The notes under the pieces: generated by a model | Database searches by the model: none | What the model was told of the DNA's origin: nothing | The model's input: the letters and a program-made list of their open reading frames with translations, nothing else | NCBI GenBank assembly: GCA_964396965.1 | Contig: CAYNGD010000006.1 | Span: 8,771-72,770 of the forward strand | DNA: 64,000 nucleotides | Reading direction: 5' to 3' | From: an uncultured Dehalococcoidales bacterium | Lineage (GTDB): Bacteria > Chloroflexota > Dehalococcoidia > Dehalococcoidales > BS750m-G39 | In this document: positions 1-9,556 of the stretch, one piece after another | How positions within the stretch are numbered: position 1 is the stretch's first letter | Layout: every line of letters begins with the position of its first letter | Translations under genes and position numbers: made by a program

Positions 1-416
1 TGCTCGACAAAGGTATCCAGCAGGTAGATAGGGGTACGGTCACCCAGCTGCTTCTGCCCCTCTTCCAGATGAGTCAATAGCTTTTCTCCATCCCAGTCGG
101 GCTTTATATGTATCGCCTTTATCAGCGGTTTTTCTATCTGGCGGCAGTACTCCCAGCCTTCGCCACCGCTGAGTTGCACCAGGTCAAGATTGCAGTCAGC
201 CGCCACCCTATTTACCTCGGCGGCGGGCGTGTTGGCGAATACCCCGACCACCGGCAGATTATGTTTTTTGACCTCTTCGGCTATCTGCCGAGCCTGCTCA
301 TAGCTGATCTGCCGGGGGCTGGGGGCAAAGACCACCCCGATAAAATCGGCCCGGGCCTCTATCGCCGCCCGGGCGTAAGCCACTTCAGTAACGCCGCATA
401 TCTTAATTTTGGTCAA
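1..416 (-). CDS. trpF: Phosphoribosylanthranilate isomerase, partial (C-terminus lies beyond the left edge)
   Basis: Absent from the ORF track because it runs off the window. Minus-strand translation from TTG at 416 reads (M)TKIKICGVTEVAYARAAIEARADFIGVVFAPSPRQISYEQ...DLVQLSGGE, which shows PRAI-like KICG and DFIGxVF motifs. The TTG overlaps the trpC stop (TTGA). Position fits trpEGDCF order. Confidence 0.8.
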   Translation of the reverse strand, partial: MTKIKICGVTEVAYARAAIEARADFIGVVFAPSPRQISYEQARQIAEEVKKHNLPVVGVFANTPAAEVNRVAADCNLDLVQLSGGEGWEYCRQIEKPLIKAIHIKPDWDGEKLLTHLEEGQKQLGDRTPIYLLDTFVE

Positions 417-1183
417 AGCAGCTCCTTTATCTTGGCGGTTACGTTATCGGCGCCGACCAGCGCCTCGCCAACCAGCATGGCGTTGACCCTCCATTCTTTC
501 AGCTTCCCGACCTCCTCCCGCCCCTTAATGCCGCTCTCGCTGACCACGATTCTGCCCCGGGGGATGGCGGGGCGAAGCTGGCCGGTAATGTTTATATCTA
601 CCTTCATGGTATCCAGGTCACGGTTATTAATGCCGATTATCCTGATGTCATGGGCCAGCGCCCTCTTGAGCTCGCTCCGGTTGTGCACCTCGACCAGGCA
701 CTGCATCCCCAGGGAGTGGCTCAGGGAGAGCAGCTCCTCAAGCCCGGCATCATCCAGTATGGCCACTATCAGGAGCACGGCGTCGGCTCCCCAGGCGCAC
801 GATTCAAATATCTGGTAGGGCTTCAGGATAAAGTCCTTTCTCAGCAGCGGGATATGGGGCAGAGCCCGCTTGGTAGACTCAAGGTCTTCCCGGCTGCCCT
901 TAAAATAGCGCGGCTCGGTAAGCACCGATATTGCCGCTGCTCCGCCCTTGGCGTAGCTTCTGGCCAGCCTGACCGGGTCGAGGTCGGCCTGTATCAACCC
1001 TCTGGAGGGCGAGGCCCGCTTGACCTCTGCGATGAGACGGAGGCCTTCGCCGCTGATGGCTTTGGCCAAATCCAGGGGCGCCGGCCTCTCTATAATGGCC
1101 GCCCTGAGCTTGGGCAGGGGGAAGGCCTTCTGCCTCCGCTCAACCTCTTTCAGCTTTTCGGCAATAATATCATCCAGAAACAT
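413..1183 (-). CDS. trpC: Indole-3-glycerol phosphate synthase
   Basis: 256 aa ORF with LIAEVKRASPS, LTEPRYFKGS, LLRKDFI and IGINNRDL motifs typical of IGPS. Lies in the trp operon. Confidence 0.9.
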   Translation of the reverse strand: MFLDDIIAEKLKEVERRQKAFPLPKLRAAIIERPAPLDLAKAISGEGLRLIAEVKRASPSRGLIQADLDPVRLARSYAKGGAAAISVLTEPRYFKGSREDLESTKRALPHIPLLRKDFILKPYQIFESCAWGADAVLLIVAILDDAGLEELLSLSHSLGMQCLVEVHNRSELKRALAHDIRIIGINNRDLDTMKVDINITGQLRPAIPRGRIVVSESGIKGREEVGKLKEWRVNAMLVGEALVGADNVTAKIKELL

Positions 1184-1188
1184 GGCTA

Positions 1189-2220
1189 TTACCTGTAACT
1201 TTGACTCAGTTTGATTAGACTCTGAAGCTTTTCCAGCGCCCGCCCGCTGTCTATCGTTTCTTCGGCTATCTCGGCGCCTGCCTTGAGGGCGGGCAGCCCG
1301 GAGCTGTTTTTAGTGCGGCTGCCGACGGCGATGCCGGCGGCGGCGTTCATAATCACCGCGTCTCTTCTCGGTCCCCTCTCCCCCTCCAGCACCGCCCGCA
1401 GTATGGCTGCGTTCTCCTGAGGGGTGCCCCCGGCAAGAGTATTTAGTCCGGCCATTCCAAGCCCGAAGTCCTCCGGCGATATTTGGTAGTCGGTAATCTT
1501 ACCGTCATTAAGTTCCCAGACACGTGACAGGCCGGACACCGAGATTTCATCCATCCCATTCAGGCTATAGACGACCAGGGCGTGCCTTGAGCCCAGGCGC
1601 TGGAGCACCTGCGCCATCTTTTCGCCCAGTTCCTGGCTGGCCACGCCCAGAACAATGGAATCGGCCAGCGCCGGGTTGGTCAGCGGGCCGAGGATATTGA
1701 ATACAGTCCTTATGCCCAGCTCGCGGCGGGGGGCGGCGGCGAACTTCATCGCCGGGTGGAAGAGAGGGGCGAACATGAAGCCGATGCCGACACGCTCGAT
1801 GCATTCCCTTACCTGGTTTGCGTCCAGCTCTATTTTCACCCCCAGCGCCTCCAGGACATCGGCGCTGCCGCACCGGCTGGTCATGGCCCGGTTATTGTGC
1901 TTGGCCACCTTTATCCCGGCGCCGGCGGCAACAAAGGCGGCGGCGGTGGAGATGTTAAAGCTTTTGGAGTTATCGCCACCGGTGCCGACGATATCAATCA
2001 CCGGCCCGTCTGTCTCCACGCGGATTGACTTGGCCCGCATGACGCTGGCCAGCCCGGCAATCTCGTCGGCGGTCTCGCCTTTTATTCTCAGGGCGGTAAC
2101 AAAAGCGCCGAACTGGGCGGTGGTTAGCTGGCCGGTGGTCATCTCCTTCATCACCTCAGCCGCCTGCTCCATAGTCAGGGAATGCCCGTCCACCAGCAGG
2201 CTGATGGCTTCTTTAATCAT
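1189..2220 (-). CDS. trpD: Anthranilate phosphoribosyltransferase
   Basis: 343 aa with DIVGTGGD and KHNNRAMTSRCGSADVLEALG motifs. Lies in the trp operon. Confidence 0.92.
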   Translation of the reverse strand: MIKEAISLLVDGHSLTMEQAAEVMKEMTTGQLTTAQFGAFVTALRIKGETADEIAGLASVMRAKSIRVETDGPVIDIVGTGGDNSKSFNISTAAAFVAAGAGIKVAKHNNRAMTSRCGSADVLEALGVKIELDANQVRECIERVGIGFMFAPLFHPAMKFAAAPRRELGIRTVFNILGPLTNPALADSIVLGVASQELGEKMAQVLQRLGSRHALVVYSLNGMDEISVSGLSRVWELNDGKITDYQISPEDFGLGMAGLNTLAGGTPQENAAILRAVLEGERGPRRDAVIMNAAAGIAVGSRTKNSSGLPALKAGAEIAEETIDSGRALEKLQSLIKLSQSYR

Positions 2221-2804
2221 TTTTCTACCTCACCCAGGTTATTTAGTTTTAGGAAGTTCCTCAATATGTCCTTGCCGTTCTGGGTCATAAAGGACTCGGG
2301 GTGGAACTGCACCCCCTCCACCGGGTATTTACGGCGGCGCAGCCCCATGATCGTCCCGTCCTCGGTCCAGGCGGTTATCTCCAGACAGTCCGGCAGGTTT
2401 TCGCGGGCGACCATCAGTGAGTGATAGCGGATGGCGGGGAAGGGATTAGGCAGGCCGTGAAAGACGCCGCTATCGTTATGGTAGATAAGTGAAGACTTGC
2501 CATGCATAATCGCCTTGGCCGGGCCGACGCTGCCCCCGTAGCTGTAGCCGAGGCACTGGTGTCCCAGGCAGACGCCTAGTATAGGCAGCCTCTCCCCGAA
2601 CTGCCTGATGACGTCGTTGGAGATACCGGCGTTTAAGGGGGTGGAGGGGCCGGGTGAGATGACGATGCGCTCCGGCTTCATCCTTTCGATTTCGTCCAGC
2701 GTTATCTTGTTATTGCGGACGACCAGAACCTCTTCCCCCAGCTCGCTCAAATACTGGAAGAGGTTGTAGGTGAAGCTGTCGTAGTTATCAATCAGCAGCA
2801 GCAT
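2217..2804 (-). CDS. trpG: Anthranilate synthase component II (glutamine amidotransferase)
   Basis: 195 aa class-I GATase with PILGVCLGHQ (catalytic Cys) and GVQFHPES. Overlaps trpD and trpE by a few nt. Confidence 0.9.
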   Translation of the reverse strand: MLLLIDNYDSFTYNLFQYLSELGEEVLVVRNNKITLDEIERMKPERIVISPGPSTPLNAGISNDVIRQFGERLPILGVCLGHQCLGYSYGGSVGPAKAIMHGKSSLIYHNDSGVFHGLPNPFPAIRYHSLMVARENLPDCLEITAWTEDGTIMGLRRRKYPVEGVQFHPESFMTQNGKDILRNFLKLNNLGEVEK

Positions 2805-4239
2805 GGCTAATCTCCGTAGCCTCGGCCTGCTCGATGGCTTTTATCAGGGCTCCGGCCTTGTTCATGGTCTCTTCATATTCCCGCTCAGGAACGCTGTCAT
2901 AGACGATGCCGGCGCCGGCCTGGATATGGGCGGTGCCGTTTTGGGTGACGATAGTCCTTATAGTTATGGCGGTGTCCATTCCGCCGGAGAAGCTGAAGTA
3001 GCCAACGCAACCGGCGTAGGGGCCCCTTTTGTCCGGCTCAAGCTCGGCGATGGCCTCCATGGCCCGTATCTTGGGTGCCCCGGAGACGGTTCCAGCGGGG
3101 AAACAGGCGCGCAGGGCATCGAAGGTGGTGAGTTCAGGTCTTAACCTGCCTTCGACATTGGTGACCAGGTGCATGACGTGGGAGTAGCGCTCAACATCCA
3201 TAAGCTCGCTGACCCTGACCGTCCCCGGCACGCTCACCCGCCCGATGTCATTTCTCCCCAGGTCAACCAGCATGATGTGCTCGGCGCGCTCCTTCTCGTC
3301 GGCGCGCAGTTCTTCTTCCAGGCGTTTATCTTCCTCCGGCGTTTTACCCCGAGGCCGTGTCCCGGCCAGGGGGCGGGTGGTCACCGTACCGTTAACCGCC
3401 CTGACCAGGATTTCGGGCGACGAGCCGATAAGCTGGAAGTCCTTGAAGTCCAGGAAGAACATGTAGGGCGAGGGGTTGATGCGTCTTAGGGCTTGGTAGA
3501 TGTCTAGGGGTGAGGCGGTGGTGGAGCGGCTCAGGCGCTGGGAGAGCACAATCTGTATGGCCTCGCCCTCGGTGATATACTGCTTTGCTTTCTTAACATT
3601 GGCCTCGAACTTGGCCCTGGTCAGATTGGACGAGATTTGGGCTGGTCTATCTGATTTCAGTGGTTGGGGATATTTAATGGGCTGCCTGAGTCTGTCGGCC
3701 AGTTCCTCTATCCTCTCTATCGCTTTCTGGTAGGCGCTTTCGGCGGTACCGTCGGGGCGGGCGCAGCTTGCGATTTTAATCTTGTTATTGGCGTGGTCGA
3801 AGATGAGCAGGCTATCAACAAAGATAAAGACCGCTTCCGGCAGCTTCAGCGGGTCGGAGTCCGGCGAAGGGAGTTCCTCAAAGCGCCTTACCGTTTCGTA
3901 GGCAAGGTAGCCGACGGCGCCGCCGCTGAAGTCGGGCAGGCCGCCCAGCGGCGCCAGCCGGTGCTTTTTCATCTCCCCGGCGATGAGCTTTAACGGGTCG
4001 GTCTTATCCCCCTCTCTGGTGCTGAGCACTCTATAAGGCTCGGTGCCGACAAAGCTGTAGCGCGCCGCCTTCCGACTATCCTCCACGCTCTCCAGGAGAA
4101 AACCGTAATCGCCGCGTTTCACCTTTAGTAGGGCCGAGACCGGCGTCTCGCTACCGGCGGCAACCTCCCGATAGACGGGCACTAGGCAGCCCGGCTCTCT
4201 CAGAGCTTTAAATTCTTCCATTGTCGGCTGGTACATCAT
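2788..4239 (-). CDS. trpE: Anthranilate synthase component I
   Basis: 483 aa with chorismate-binding motifs LAGTRPRG, AEHIMLVDLGRND, GAPKIRAME and RGPYAGCVGY. Confidence 0.92.
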   Translation of the reverse strand: MMYQPTMEEFKALREPGCLVPVYREVAAGSETPVSALLKVKRGDYGFLLESVEDSRKAARYSFVGTEPYRVLSTREGDKTDPLKLIAGEMKKHRLAPLGGLPDFSGGAVGYLAYETVRRFEELPSPDSDPLKLPEAVFIFVDSLLIFDHANNKIKIASCARPDGTAESAYQKAIERIEELADRLRQPIKYPQPLKSDRPAQISSNLTRAKFEANVKKAKQYITEGEAIQIVLSQRLSRSTTASPLDIYQALRRINPSPYMFFLDFKDFQLIGSSPEILVRAVNGTVTTRPLAGTRPRGKTPEEDKRLEEELRADEKERAEHIMLVDLGRNDIGRVSVPGTVRVSELMDVERYSHVMHLVTNVEGRLRPELTTFDALRACFPAGTVSGAPKIRAMEAIAELEPDKRGPYAGCVGYFSFSGGMDTAITIRTIVTQNGTAHIQAGAGIVYDSVPEREYEETMNKAGALIKAIEQAEATEISHAAAD

Positions 4240-4572
4240 AAATTCTCCAATAAAAAAACCTCTCGCCTTAGGGGCGAGAGGTTAATCCTTCGCGGTGCCA
4301 CCCTAGTTGATTGCCAAAAAGGCAACCATCTCTCTTCGGGTACAGCCTTGGCGATACCCTGGGCTTGCTAACGGTGCCCTTCCGTCAAAGCCTACTCGGT
4401 CATCCCTTTCGGTTTGCGGCTCCCGAGTCCATTCAGCCCCGGCGCTGGCGCCGGTTTCCACCACAAGGCCCAGAAAAATCTCCGATTTTCCCGGGGACCC
4501 TCATCCGGCTCTCTGCCGCCCCGTTCTGGAGCCTACTAGTCTCGTTCTCAGCCTTTGTGCCATATTCAGTTT
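4240..4572 (-). promoter_or_regulatory. T-box riboswitch leader, tryptophan specifier (UGG)
   Basis: Minus strand shows an AGAGA box, a specifier loop GAA-UGG-A (UGG = 4431..4429), an AGUA box, and the conserved T-box AGGGUGGCACCGCG (4304..4291), which competes with the 5' arm of the terminator. The UGGC bulge fits an NCCA end with discriminator G, as in tRNA-Trp. Confidence 0.85.
4252..4282 (-). terminator. Intrinsic terminator of the T-box leader
   Basis: Minus strand reads CCUCUCGCC-CCUAA-GGCGAGAGG followed by UUUUUUU, about 20 nt before the trpE RBS/ATG. Confidence 0.8.
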
Positions 4573-4578
4573 GGGGTA

Positions 4579-4607
4579 AGTATACATAATTAGTCGTTAT
4601 TTGTCAA
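4579..4607 (-). promoter_or_regulatory. Sigma-70-type promoter for the trp leader
   Basis: Minus strand reads TTGACA (4607..4602), a 17 nt spacer, then TATACT (4584..4579). Confidence 0.6.
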
Positions 4608-4664
4608 GTGGGCCTGGTTAGCGGCGATGGACGGGGGTCAAAACACCGGCCAGAGCGATCACGC

Positions 4665-4693
4665 TTGACTTTTAGTCCTTTCATTTTTATAAT
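4665..4693 (+). promoter_or_regulatory. Sigma-70-type promoter for the tRNA-tuf transcription unit
   Basis: TTGACT (4665..4670), a 17 nt spacer, then TATAAT (4688..4693), about 28 nt upstream of the first tRNA. Confidence 0.6.
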
Positions 4694-4721
4694 ATTCCAG
4701 TTGACCAGCGCCAGAACTATC

Positions 4722-4794
4722 GCCCGAGTGGCGCAATGGCAGCGCAACCGACTTGTAATCGGTAGGTTAGCGGGTTCGACTCCCCTCTCGGGCT
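4722..4794 (+). tRNA. tRNA-Thr (anticodon UGU)
   Basis: Acceptor GCCCGAG/CTCGGGC, D arm GCGC-AATGGCA-GCGC, anticodon arm ACCGA-CTTGTAA-TCGGT, and a TTCGACT T-loop. One imperfect pair in the T stem. No encoded CCA. Confidence 0.85.
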
Positions 4795-4814
4795 GGGATT
4801 TACTGGCGATGTGG

Positions 4815-4899
4815 GGAGGGGTGCCGGAGTGGTTAATCGGAGCAGACTGTAAATCTGCCGCCTGAAATGGCTACGCAGGTTCGAATCCTGCCCCCTCCA
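4815..4899 (+). tRNA. tRNA-Tyr (anticodon GUA), long variable arm
   Basis: Acceptor GGAGGGG/CCCCTCC, anticodon loop CTGTAAA, long variable arm, and T arm GCAGG-TTCGAAT-CCTGC. Confidence 0.9.
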
Positions 4900-4940
4900 C
4901 TGTAGCGTAAAAACTAGAAATATGGTATCTTGTTCATAGT

Positions 4941-5013
4941 GCCCACATAGCTCAGTCGGTAGAGCACCATCTTGGTAAGATGGGGGTCACCAGTTCGAAT
5001 CTGGTTGTGGGCT
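4941..5013 (+). tRNA. tRNA-Thr (anticodon GGU)
   Basis: Acceptor GCCCACA/TGTGGGC, D arm AGCTCAGTCGGTAGAGC, anticodon loop CTTGGTAAG, and T arm CCAGTTCGAATCTGG. Confidence 0.9.
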
Positions 5014-5031
5014 TAAATAAAGGGGGTTAAA

Positions 5032-6237
5032 ATGGCAAAAAAGAAATTCGAGAGGACCAAGCCCCATTGCAATGTGGGCACTATCGGTCATGTTGACCAC
5101 GGCAAGACGACCCTGACCTCGGCGATTACCTTGGTGCTGTCCAAGGCGGGCCTCGCTGGATACCGCGAGTTTGGCTCCATTGATAATGCGCCCGAGGAAA
5201 AGGCGAGGGGACTGACCATCGCTATTGCCCATATTGAGTATGAGACAGAGAAACGCCATTACGCGCATATCGATTGCCCGGGGCACGCCGACTACATTAA
5301 GAACATGATAACCGGCGCTGCCCAGATGGACGGCGCCATCCTGGTGGTGGCCGCCGATGACGGGGTGATGCCCCAGACCAGGGAGCACCTCCTGCTGGCG
5401 CACCAGGTGGAGGTGCCTTATATAGTGGTCGCCCTGAATAAGGTTGACCTGGTGGATGACCCCGAGCTGCTGGAGGTGACCGAGCTGGAGCTGAGGGAGG
5501 AGCTGTTGCCCAAATACGGCTTCCCCGGCAGCGAGGTCCCCATCATCAGAGTGAGTGCTCTCAAGGTTCTGGAGTGCGGCTGCGGCAAGCGGGACTGCCA
5601 GTGGTGCGGCGCCATCTGGAAATTGATGGATGCCGTTGATAGCTATATCCCGACCCCGGTGCGGCCTAAAGACCAGCCTTTCCTGATGTCGGTAGAGGAC
5701 GTCTTCAGCATCAAGGGGCGGGGTACCGTGCCCACCGGGAGGGTGGAGCGGGGGGTGATTAAGGCCGGGGACGAGCTTGAGATAGTCGGCCTGCACCACG
5801 AGCCCCACAAGACGGTGGCTACCAGCCTGGAGATGTTCCACAAGACCCTGGACTATGCCGAGCCGGGGGACGCTGTGGGCATACTGCTGCGTGGTGTTGA
5901 CCGGGACGAGATAGAGCGGGGCCAGGTTTTGGCCGCCCCCGGCACTATCAAGCCCCATACCTACGCCGAGGCCCAGGTATATGTTTTGAGCAAGGAGGAG
6001 GGAGGCCGGCATACCCCGTTCTTCAACGGTTACAAGCCCCAGTTTTATATCAGGACTACCGACGTTACCGGGACTATCGAGTTGCCGGAAGGGGTGGAGA
6101 TGGTCATGCCCGGCGATAACATCACTATGAAGATAAAGCTTATCTATCCGGTGGCTATGGAGCAGGGCCTGCGCTTTGCTATTAGGGAAGGGGGTAGAAC
6201 GGTAGGTGCCGGTACCATTGCCAGCATCATCGAGTAA
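5032..6237 (+). CDS. tuf: Elongation factor Tu
   Basis: 401 aa with [22 protein letters not shown] and SAL motifs. Full three-domain length. Confidence 0.97.
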   Translation: MAKKKFERTKPHCNVGTIGHVDHGKTTLTSAITLVLSKAGLAGYREFGSIDNAPEEKARGLTIAIAHIEYETEKRHYAHIDCPGHADYIKNMITGAAQMDGAILVVAADDGVMPQTREHLLLAHQVEVPYIVVALNKVDLVDDPELLEVTELELREELLPKYGFPGSEVPIIRVSALKVLECGCGKRDCQWCGAIWKLMDAVDSYIPTPVRPKDQPFLMSVEDVFSIKGRGTVPTGRVERGVIKAGDELEIVGLHHEPHKTVATSLEMFHKTLDYAEPGDAVGILLRGVDRDEIERGQVLAAPGTIKPHTYAEAQVYVLSKEEGGRHTPFFNGYKPQFYIRTTDVTGTIELPEGVEMVMPGDNITMKIKLIYPVAMEQGLRFAIREGGRTVGAGTIASIIE

Positions 6238-6239
6238 GA

Positions 6240-6407
6240 ATGGCCAAAAAGGGTGAAGCCAGGAATATTATCTATCTCGCCTGCACCGAGTGCAGGGAGA
6301 GGACCTATACCACCAGCAAAAACCGGCACAATGACTCCCAGCGGTTGGAGCTCAAGAAGTATTGCCCCCGCTGTCGCACCCATACCCTCCACCGGGAGGC
6401 AAAATAG
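6240..6407 (+). CDS. rpmG: 50S ribosomal protein L33 (zinc-ribbon C+ form)
   Basis: Missed by the ORF track because it is under 60 aa. Translation is [55 protein letters not shown], with CxxC...CxxC. Canonical position between tuf and secE. Confidence 0.9.
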   Translation: MAKKGEARNIIYLACTECRERTYTTSKNRHNDSQRLELKKYCPRCRTHTLHREAK

Positions 6408-6441
6408 TGGGTGGCAATTAAGGAGGCAGTGAGGCTTTTTC

Positions 6442-6651
6442 ATGGCCCATCGCGCTACTACCAAGCGTTCCAGGTTCAGTCTTTTTGGCGAAATCATCGC
6501 CGAGATGAAGAAGGTGGTCTGGCTCACCAGGCGAGAGGCGGCCTATTTGACCTTTATGGTCTTGGTTGTGTCCATTATCGTGGGCCTGATTCTGGGAGGC
6601 TTTGACTACGGCTTTACCAACCTGGTCAACAAGTTCTTTCTGGGCAAATAA
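6442..6651 (+). CDS. secE: Preprotein translocase subunit SecE
   Basis: 69 aa with a basic N-terminus, KKVVWLTRRE, and a single TM helix. Lies directly upstream of nusG. Confidence 0.85.
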   Translation: MAHRATTKRSRFSLFGEIIAEMKKVVWLTRREAAYLTFMVLVVSIIVGLILGGFDYGFTNLVNKFFLGK

Positions 6652-6678
6652 GCGCCTACCCCTGGCTTTCCGGGCAGT

Positions 6679-7233
6679 TTGGTTCAAATGAGGTTATCGG
6701 TGGCAGGCAATCAGAAAAGTTGGTTCGTCGTCCATACCTACTCCGGGTATGAAGAACGAGTTAAGAAGAACCTTGAGCAGCGCATCAAGTATATGGACAG
6801 CGGGGAGGAAATCTCCCAGGTAATCATACCCACCGAGGTGGAGATTGAGGTCAAGGAAGGGCAGCGGCGCAACGTGAACAAAAAGATACTGCCCGGCTAT
6901 ATCCTGGTTCAGATGGAGCTGAGCGACCAGAGCTGGAATATAGTGCGCAACACCCCGGGTGTTACCGGCTTTGTCGGCAGCGGCAATAAGCCCACCCCCC
7001 TTGAGGAGGGGGAGGTCAACAAAATCTTAAAGCAGATGGAGGCGGAGGCGCCCCGGGTCAGGGTCGGTTTCCGCAAGGGGCAGAGCGTGCGGGTGACCAG
7101 CGGCCCCTTCATTGACTTTGTCGGCGTGGTGGATGAAATCAGCCTGGACAAGGGCAAGGTGAAGGTGCTCCTTTCCCTCTTCGGGCGGGAGACGCCGGTT
7201 GAGCTCGACTTTTTGCAGGTGGAGAAGCTTTAG
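6679..7233 (+). CDS. nusG: Transcription termination/antitermination factor NusG
   Basis: Shows [11 protein letters not shown] (NGN domain) and a C-terminal KOW ([11 protein letters not shown]). Start is uncertain: TTG 6679, ATG 6688, or GTG 6700. The last has a GAGG 6 nt upstream. Confidence 0.92.
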   Translation: MVQMRLSVAGNQKSWFVVHTYSGYEERVKKNLEQRIKYMDSGEEISQVIIPTEVEIEVKEGQRRNVNKKILPGYILVQMELSDQSWNIVRNTPGVTGFVGSGNKPTPLEEGEVNKILKQMEAEAPRVRVGFRKGQSVRVTSGPFIDFVGVVDEISLDKGKVKVLLSLFGRETPVELDFLQVEKL

Positions 7234-7655
7234 TGGCCAAGAAGATTGCCGCGGTAATTAAACTGCAGATTCAGGCGGGGAAGGCCACCCCGGCGCCGCC
7301 GGTAGGCCCGGCCTTGGGACAGCACGGGCTTAATATCATGGCCTTCTGCAAGGAGTACAACGAGCGCACTGCTGGCCAGGAAGGCTCTATCATCCCGGTG
7401 GAGATAACCGTATTCGAGGACCGCTCCTTTACCTTCATCACCAAGACGCCGCCGGCTACCGATCTGCTCAAGAAAGCGTCCGGCCTGGAGAAGGGTTCGG
7501 TCAGTCCCGGCCACGAAAAGGCGGGCAGGATAACCCGGGCCCAGCTCAGGGAGATAGCCCAGCTTAAATCTAAAGATTTAAACGCCAACAGCATCGAGGG
7601 GGCGGAGCGAATCATCGAGGGCACCGCCTGCAGCATGGGTATTGAGGTGGAATAA
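7233..7655 (+). CDS. rplK: 50S ribosomal protein L11
   Basis: 140 aa reading [37 protein letters not shown] start overlaps the nusG stop. Confidence 0.95.
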   Translation: MAKKIAAVIKLQIQAGKATPAPPVGPALGQHGLNIMAFCKEYNERTAGQEGSIIPVEITVFEDRSFTFITKTPPATDLLKKASGLEKGSVSPGHEKAGRITRAQLREIAQLKSKDLNANSIEGAERIIEGTACSMGIEVE

Positions 7656-7657
7656 AT

Positions 7658-8371
7658 TTGGCCAAGCACGGTAAGAAATATAACGAGGCACTAGCCCTGG
7701 TGGACCGGGCCAGGCTCTATGAGCCCGCCGAGGCCATCGAGATGGCCAAGAAGGCGGCCTATACCAAGTTCGATGAGACGGTTGAGCTTCACCTGCGGAT
7801 GGGGATTGACCCCCGCGACGCCACCCAGCAGGTGCGCGGGGTAGCTTTATTGCCCCACGGGCTGGGCAAGAAGGTGCGGGTGCTGGTCTTTGCCCAGGGT
7901 GAGGCGGCCAGGAATGCCGAGAGCGCCGGCGCCGACTACGTCGGCGGTGACGACCTGGCTAAAAAGATTGAGGGGGGCTGGCTGGACTTTGACGTCACCA
8001 TCGCCACCCCGGATATGATGGGCAAGGTGGGCCGGCTGGGTAAGATCCTGGGGAGGCGGGGGCTGATGCCCAACCCCAAGTCGGGGACGGTGGTGGCCGG
8101 CGAAGACCTGCCCCGGGCCATCAACGAGGCCCGCCAGGGGCGGGTGGAGTTCAAGCTGGACCGGACGGCTATCATTCATCTCCCGCTGGGCAAGGCCAGT
8201 TTTGAGACGGATAAGCTGCTGGCCAACCTCACCGCCGTTATCGAGGCGGTGACCCGGGCCAAGCCCGCCGGGGCCAAGGGGCAGTATATCAAGACGGCCA
8301 CTTTAACCACCACCATGGGGCCGGGCTTTAAGCTCGACCTGAGACCAACCCTGTCGCTAACCTCCAGTTAG
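7658..8371 (+). CDS. rplA: 50S ribosomal protein L1
   Basis: 237 aa. TTG start with a GAGGTGGA RBS. Typical L1 sequence ([25 protein letters not shown]). Confidence 0.95.
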   Translation: MAKHGKKYNEALALVDRARLYEPAEAIEMAKKAAYTKFDETVELHLRMGIDPRDATQQVRGVALLPHGLGKKVRVLVFAQGEAARNAESAGADYVGGDDLAKKIEGGWLDFDVTIATPDMMGKVGRLGKILGRRGLMPNPKSGTVVAGEDLPRAINEARQGRVEFKLDRTAIIHLPLGKASFETDKLLANLTAVIEAVTRAKPAGAKGQYIKTATLTTTMGPGFKLDLRPTLSLTSS

Positions 8372-8401
8372 TAAAATCTAGACTGCAAAGGGGACGTTGA
8401 T

Positions 8402-9553
8402 ATGGAAGATGTTGCTATTATTGGTGCCGGACAGAGCGCCTTCAGCCGTAGCTGCGGTGAGTCTATCCGGGAGCTAGCTTTCGAGGCCTACAAGGAGGCG
8501 ATGGCAGGGCTGGATATCACCGGTGACAATATCGACGCCTCGGTTATCTGCTCGGCGCCGGAATATGATAAACAGCGCTCGCCTTCGGGCCTGATTTCGG
8601 AGTACCTGGAGCTGACCCCCAAGCCCACCTTCTATATTGAGACGGTCTGCTCCTCGAGCAGCACGGGCTTAAGGGTGGCCTGGTCGCTGATAAAGGCCGG
8701 GCTGCACCAGGTGGTAGCGGTAGTCGGCTTCCAGAAGATGTCCGAGCTCTCCTCCCGTGACGCCGCCGAGAGGATGGGGCGGGGGGGAGACATAATCTGG
8801 GAGTCGCCCTTCGGAATCACCATGCCCGCCGGCTACGCCATGTACGCCCGGGCCCATATGGAAAAGTACGGCACCACTGAGGAACAGATGGCTAAAATCC
8901 GGGTCAAGAACTCCCACTACGGGGCGACCAACCCCAAGGCCAACTACCGCAAGGAGCTGAGCCTGGAGGATATTTTAAATTCGGAGATGATAACCAGCCC
9001 CTTAAAGAAGTTTGACTGTTGCGCCAACGCCGACGGCTCCTCCTGCGTCATCCTGGCCCGGGGCGACGTGGCTAAGAGCATCACCAAGAAGCCCATCTGG
9101 GTTATCGGCCTGGGGGCGGCCACCGATACCATGAGCATGGCCGGAAGGCAGTCGCTCACCGGGCTGCGCTGTGCTCAGGAGGCGGCCAGGCAGGCCTATA
9201 AGATGGCCGGGGTCAAGCCCCGGGACATTGACGTGGCCGAGGTCCACGACTGCTTTACCATCTCCGAGATTCTGGCCTACGAAGACCTTGGCTTCGCCAA
9301 GCCCGGTGAGGGGGCGGGGCTGATTGAGGACAAAGAGACCTACGCCGACGGCAAGATACCGGTAAACGTTGATGGCGGCCTGCTCTCCAAGGGGCACCCA
9401 ATCGGTGCTACTGGCGGCTCGCAGATTCGGACTATCGTCCGCCAGCTGCGTGGGGCGGCCACCGAGGCCCAGGTGAAGAACGCCGAGATAGGTCTGGTGC
9501 ACAATATCGGCGGCGTCGGGCAGTACGGCAACGTCACCATTTTGAGGAGGTAG
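8402..9553 (+). CDS. SCP2/archaeal-type thiolase (acetyl-CoA C-acyltransferase-like)
   Basis: 383 aa with nucleophile Cys in ETVCSSSS, plus VHDCF, GHPIGATG and HNIGG motifs typical of the DUF35-associated thiolase family. Confidence 0.85.
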   Translation: MEDVAIIGAGQSAFSRSCGESIRELAFEAYKEAMAGLDITGDNIDASVICSAPEYDKQRSPSGLISEYLELTPKPTFYIETVCSSSSTGLRVAWSLIKAGLHQVVAVVGFQKMSELSSRDAAERMGRGGDIIWESPFGITMPAGYAMYARAHMEKYGTTEEQMAKIRVKNSHYGATNPKANYRKELSLEDILNSEMITSPLKKFDCCANADGSSCVILARGDVAKSITKKPIWVIGLGAATDTMSMAGRQSLTGLRCAQEAARQAYKMAGVKPRDIDVAEVHDCFTISEILAYEDLGFAKPGEGAGLIEDKETYADGKIPVNVDGGLLSKGHPIGATGGSQIRTIVRQLRGAATEAQVKNAEIGLVHNIGGVGQYGNVTILRR

Positions 9554-9556
9554 TTA

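Noticed and set aside
4307-4589. Two ~90 aa plus-strand ORFs in the trpE upstream region.
   Set aside because: The region is fully explained by the minus-strand T-box leader. The ORFs have no RBS and implausible composition.
4987-6012. 341 aa ORF antisense to tuf. Similar long antisense ORFs occur at 21144..22091, 24849..25919, 27417..28622, 41532..43049 and 58780..60069.
   Set aside because: Each lies fully opposite a strongly recognisable conserved gene. The translations are low-complexity (G/R/P/A/L/H-rich) with no motifs and no RBS. This is typical of stop-codon-poor antisense frames in GC-rich DNA.
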